Shown: positions 61,076 to 64,000 of the stretch, piece after piece
Position numbering within the stretch: the stretch's first letter is position 1
Layout: each line of letters opens with the position of its first letter
NCBI GenBank assembly: GCA_963805065.1
Contig: CAWDSS010000010.1
Coordinates: 856,359-920,358, forward strand
DNA from: Candidatus Omnitrophota bacterium
GTDB taxonomy: Bacteria; Omnitrophota; Gorgyraeia; Gygaellales; Profunditerraquicolaceae
Direction of reading: 5' to 3'
Length of the DNA: 64,000 nucleotides
Notes under the pieces: model-generated
Told to the model about the DNA's origin: nothing
The model's input: the letters and a program-made list of their open reading frames with translations, nothing else
Databases searched by the model: none
Translations under genes and position numbers: made by a program

Positions 61076-62272
61076 ATGTCAAATTTGAAAATACTGCCTG
61101 ATATTTATTCAGTAGGCGTTATTGACTGGAACGTGCGAACGTTTCACGGCCATACTTATAGTACAAACAGGGGTTCTACTTATAATGCCTATTTGATTAT
61201 GGATGAAAAAATCGCACTAATAGATACGGTATTAGGGTCTTTCTCAAAAGAGCTGATAGAAAATATAAAAGAAATAGTTCCTGTAGAAAAAATAGATTAC
61301 ATTATTGCTAATCACGTAGAGACAGACCATTCCGGGGCACTGCCTGAGTTGATGAAGCTTTGCCCCCGGGCAAAAATATTCTGCACGCAGAAATGTAAGG
61401 AAGGCTTATTCAAAAATTATTATGGCAACTGGGATTTTCAGGTTGTAAAAACTAATGATTCACTTAAACTTGGCAAAAAGACCTTAACTTTTCTTGAGGC
61501 CCCCATGATTCACTGGCCGGACAGTATGTTCACATACTGCCCTGAGGAGCAGCTTCTTTTGCCTAATGATGCCTTCGGCCAGCATTATGCAACCAGCGAA
61601 AGATTTGATGACCAGGTCAGTGATTGTGAGCTGATGGATGAAGCGGCAAAATACTACGGGAATATACTTTGGCCGCTAAGTGCGATTATCTTAAGAAAGA
61701 TAGAAGAAATCCAGAAAATGAATTTAGCCATAAAAATGATTGCGCCCAGCCACGGTATTATCTGGCGCAAAGACCCGGCAAAAATTATCAAGGCTTATAC
61801 TTCGTGGGCAAAAAATGAGACTAAACCAAAAGTCGTGGTTATGTATGAAACCATGTGGGGCGCTACAGAAAAAATGGCAAGAAAAATTGTCGAGGGCTTA
61901 ACCGATACCGGCGTAAGCGTAAAACTCTATGATGTCCCTACAACCGACCGCTCCGAAATGATAAAAGAGATGCTGGATGCAAAGGGGTTTATCTTCGGTT
62001 CTTCTACGCACGACAATGATATGCTGCCTAATATGGCAGGATTCCTGGAATTTGTAAAAGGCCTATTGCCTAGGGAGAGGATTGCTGCAGCGTTTGGTTC
62101 CTGCGGCTGGGCAGGAGGGGCACTCAAGGAAATGGAGGACGTGCTTAAACAGTCAGGTATAGAAATTGTTCAGCAGCAACTATCAGTAAAATACATGCCA
62201 GACGATAACGAAGCAAAAGCCTGTTATATTTTTGGCAAGGAATTTGCCGCAAAAGTCAAGGGAGGTAAATAA
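61076..62272 (+). CDS. flavodiiron protein (FprA/ROO-type O2/NO reductase)
   Basis: Metallo-beta-lactamase HVETDHSG di-iron motif plus a C-terminal flavodoxin domain (VVVMYETMWGATEKMA). Confidence 0.85.
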   Translation: MSNLKILPDIYSVGVIDWNVRTFHGHTYSTNRGSTYNAYLIMDEKIALIDTVLGSFSKELIENIKEIVPVEKIDYIIANHVETDHSGALPELMKLCPRAKIFCTQKCKEGLFKNYYGNWDFQVVKTNDSLKLGKKTLTFLEAPMIHWPDSMFTYCPEEQLLLPNDAFGQHYATSERFDDQVSDCELMDEAAKYYGNILWPLSAIILRKIEEIQKMNLAIKMIAPSHGIIWRKDPAKIIKAYTSWAKNETKPKVVVMYETMWGATEKMARKIVEGLTDTGVSVKLYDVPTTDRSEMIKEMLDAKGFIFGSSTHDNDMLPNMAGFLEFVKGLLPRERIAAAFGSCGWAGGALKEMEDVLKQSGIEIVQQQLSVKYMPDDNEAKACYIFGKEFAAKVKGGK

Positions 62273-62451
62273 TGGTACCGGTAGAGGCCTTAAAATTGGC
62301 ATTAGTAAAGGAGCAAAACTCAATAGCTTTATACCAGAAACTTAACCTTGAGCATCCGGGATTAAAAGATTTATTCGAATTCCTGATTAACGAAGAAGAA
62401 AAACACAAAAAATTAATTGAGAAAAGAATCCAGGAAGCAACCAAGTTTTAA
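62272..62451 (+). CDS. 59-aa ferritin-like/rubrerythrin half-domain protein (missed by the ORF track)
   Basis: TAATG overlap with fprA. A..E..S...Y......L..LF..L..EE..H motif like the 63232 protein. Confidence 0.55.
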   Translation: MVPVEALKLALVKEQNSIALYQKLNLEHPGLKDLFEFLINEEEKHKKLIEKRIQEATKF

Positions 62452-62589
62452 ATAAGTTTTTTGTTGCAAAGTGGAGCCCGCCTGGGCGTTAACTCGGGGT
62501 TCCTAAGGGCGGAATACTCAAGCGGTCACAATCCATCCGCGCTCTAAAGGGCGCGGTTTTAGGCCGCGGAGTATAAAGGGAGATAAGTA

Positions 62590-62748
62590 ATGGTAAAGAA
62601 AATTATCAAAAAAACCGCCAAGTCTAAAAGGGGCAGCCGCTATGCCTGCAGCGTTTGCGGCCTGTCAATTACCGTGGATAATATTTGCGGTTGTGTGGAT
62701 GCCCGTGATATAATCTGCTGCGGTAAAGCCATGAAGCCTAAAAAATAA
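62590..62748 (+). CDS. 52-aa desulforedoxin-like Cys-rich protein with basic N-terminus (missed by the ORF track)
   Basis: YACSVCG...ICCGKAM matches the CxxC...CC-G-x-x-M desulforedoxin pattern. SD AAGGGAG. Confidence 0.55.
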   Translation: MVKKIIKKTAKSKRGSRYACSVCGLSITVDNICGCVDARDIICCGKAMKPKK

Positions 62749-62757
62749 CCTTTCTGT

Positions 62758-63219
62758 ATGAAGAGCCTGAATGACGAGATAATCAATTTTTTTCATAACC
62801 AGGGCTGCGTTATCGTTTCAACCATAGATAGATCCGGCCTGGTGCACAATTCCTGCAAAGGCATAGTCAAGATGACCCGTAGCGGCAAGATTTATTTGCT
62901 CGATCTTTATAAAGCCAGGACCTACGCAAATCTAAAATATAACCCCTCACTTAGCATTACCGCAATTGATGAACACAGGTTTATGGGGTTTTGCCTGAAA
63001 GGAAAAGTTAAATCCATACCGAAAGCAAAACTTCATCCGGAAATTATCAAGGCCTGGGAAGACAGGATTACCAGTAGGCTTACCCGCAGGCTCCTCAAGA
63101 ACATCAGGGATGAAAAAGGCCATCCCCGGCACCCGGAAATCCTCCTGCCAAAGCCGCAGTATTTGATAATTATGCAAGTCCAAGAAATAATCGATTTAAC
63201 GCCGCAGCAACTTAAATAA
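62758..63219 (+). CDS. pyridoxamine 5'-phosphate oxidase-related FMN-binding protein
   Basis: Split-barrel pattern similar to 54709..55158 (CVIVSTIDRSGLVHNSCKG...NLKYNPSLSITA). Confidence 0.6.
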   Translation: MKSLNDEIINFFHNQGCVIVSTIDRSGLVHNSCKGIVKMTRSGKIYLLDLYKARTYANLKYNPSLSITAIDEHRFMGFCLKGKVKSIPKAKLHPEIIKAWEDRITSRLTRRLLKNIRDEKGHPRHPEILLPKPQYLIIMQVQEIIDLTPQQLK

Positions 63220-63231
63220 GAAAGGACGGAT

Positions 63232-63711
63232 ATGGGAAATATATTTTCCGGCAGCGAAGTAGTAGAAATTGGCATCCAAATTGAAAAAAACGGCAGGGAT
63301 TTTTACAATGCCCTGGCAAAAAAATCAAAAGATGCTTTAGCCGCAGGAATTTTTAAATATTTAGCTGGCGAGGAAGAAAAACACATTAAGGCCTTCCAGA
63401 ATATATTAGAGAAGACGGAACTTTACGAACCCTTAGGCCTGGATGCGGACCAGTATTATGCCTATATGAAGGCATTGGCCGGTGAATATATATTTACGCA
63501 GGAAAATAAAGGCAAAGCCGCAGCCAAGCAAGCAAAAACAGATAAGCAAGCTATAATTATGGGCATCGGATTTGAAAAAGACTCCATTGTATTTTATACA
63601 GTAATTAAAAAAGTCATCCCTGTCTTTGACCAGAAGATAGTTGACGAGTTAATTTTACAGGAACACAATCACTTAAGGCAACTGCTCGAATTAGAGAAAC
63701 AGATACAATAA
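63232..63711 (+). CDS. rubrerythrin/ferritin-like di-iron protein (no rubredoxin domain)
   Basis: Two E...EExH helix pairs (IEKNGRDFY...GEEEKH; GFEKDSIVFY...QEHNH). Confidence 0.7.
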   Translation: MGNIFSGSEVVEIGIQIEKNGRDFYNALAKKSKDALAAGIFKYLAGEEEKHIKAFQNILEKTELYEPLGLDADQYYAYMKALAGEYIFTQENKGKAAAKQAKTDKQAIIMGIGFEKDSIVFYTVIKKVIPVFDQKIVDELILQEHNHLRQLLELEKQIQ

Positions 63712-63724
63712 CAGTGAGGCGCAG

Positions 63725-63961
63725 ATGGAAAAAAGCGTGAAAGTATACAGCACTCCTACTTGCCCTTGGTGTATCAGAACAAAGCAGTTCTTAAAGGAAA
63801 ATAACATCGCCTTTGACGATGTGGATGTTGGCGCTGATCAGGCAGCTGCAGAAGAGATGATCCAAAAGTCAGGCCAGATGGGTGTGCCTGTTTTGGACAT
63901 TGACGGCGAAATCATCGTAGGGTTTGACAAAGAAAGAATCAAATCCTTATTAGGGCTATAA
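63725..63961 (+). CDS. glutaredoxin-like protein (NrdH/YruB type)
   Basis: CPWC active site, GVPV..I.G..I.GF. Confidence 0.85.
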   Translation: MEKSVKVYSTPTCPWCIRTKQFLKENNIAFDDVDVGADQAAAEEMIQKSGQMGVPVLDIDGEIIVGFDKERIKSLLGL

Positions 63962-64000
63962 ATGTATGATTTGATAGTTATAGGAGCAGGACCCGCAGGG
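63962..64000 (+). CDS. FAD-dependent pyridine nucleotide-disulfide oxidoreductase (thioredoxin reductase-like), 3' end beyond the window
   Basis: MYDLIVIGAGPAG dinucleotide-binding start immediately after the glutaredoxin gene. Only 13 codons are visible. Confidence 0.6.
   Translation, partial: MYDLIVIGAGPAG

Noticed and set aside
62452-62589. Match of the GC-rich spacer, or of the 60-nt conserved element, to a known riboswitch or housekeeping RNA (SRP, 6S, c-di-GMP, fluoride).
   Set aside because: None of the consensus cores I can recall is present, and I cannot exclude other Rfam families without a search.

Overview
Gene-dense 64-kb chromosomal window with about 80 protein genes (almost all on the + strand) and 2 tRNAs. 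I saw no rRNA, CRISPR array, transposase, integrase or phage gene. All functions were assigned by eye from motifs in the supplied translations; no database search was run.

The host appears to be a diderm anaerobe. The evidence is BamD, LptE, Lnt and an LpxL-type acyltransferase, together with superoxide reductase, rubredoxin, a flavodiiron protein and 2-oxoacid:ferredoxin oxidoreductase. It is probably an uncultivated lineage or MAG (inference).

Layout:
- 0.8-8.3 kb: tightly coupled operon resembling the SAM by-product (5'-deoxyadenosine/MTA) DHAP shunt, extended by an aldehyde dehydrogenase and an acyl-CoA ligase.
- 8.4-28.4 kb: housekeeping block (rlmN, tRNA-Leu, tRNA-Ala, nfo, leuS, bamD, lptE, holA, rpsT, murJ, uvrC, pilT, prfB, secA, lnt).
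- 28-41 kb: transporters, envelope genes and assorted enzymes.
- 41.7-51.9 kb: amino-sugar/lipid-modification-like genes and regulators.
- 52.4-54.4 kb: CopB-type P-type ATPase.
- 54.7-64 kb: large anaerobe oxidative-stress island.

Most unusual observations:
1. In-frame tandem heptanucleotide arrays inside leuS, lnt and a secreted-protein signal peptide. These include an identical 32-nt (CAGAACC)4 block shared by leuS and lnt, and an inverted array pair in lnt.
2. A modular family of intergenic elements at two loci (37.15-37.5 kb and 54.43-54.57 kb). It comprises a ~60-nt conserved element plus bulged hairpins with a conserved base and covarying stems, placed directly in front of strong SD sites and micro-ORFs.
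3. Reading-frame breaks in essential genes: leuS x1 and secA x3, plus an anomalous secA 5' end. These are in addition to the canonical programmed +1 frameshift in prfB.
4. Several genes shorter than 60 aa that the ORF track misses: rubredoxin, a desulforedoxin-like protein, a half-rubrerythrin and basic micro-peptides.
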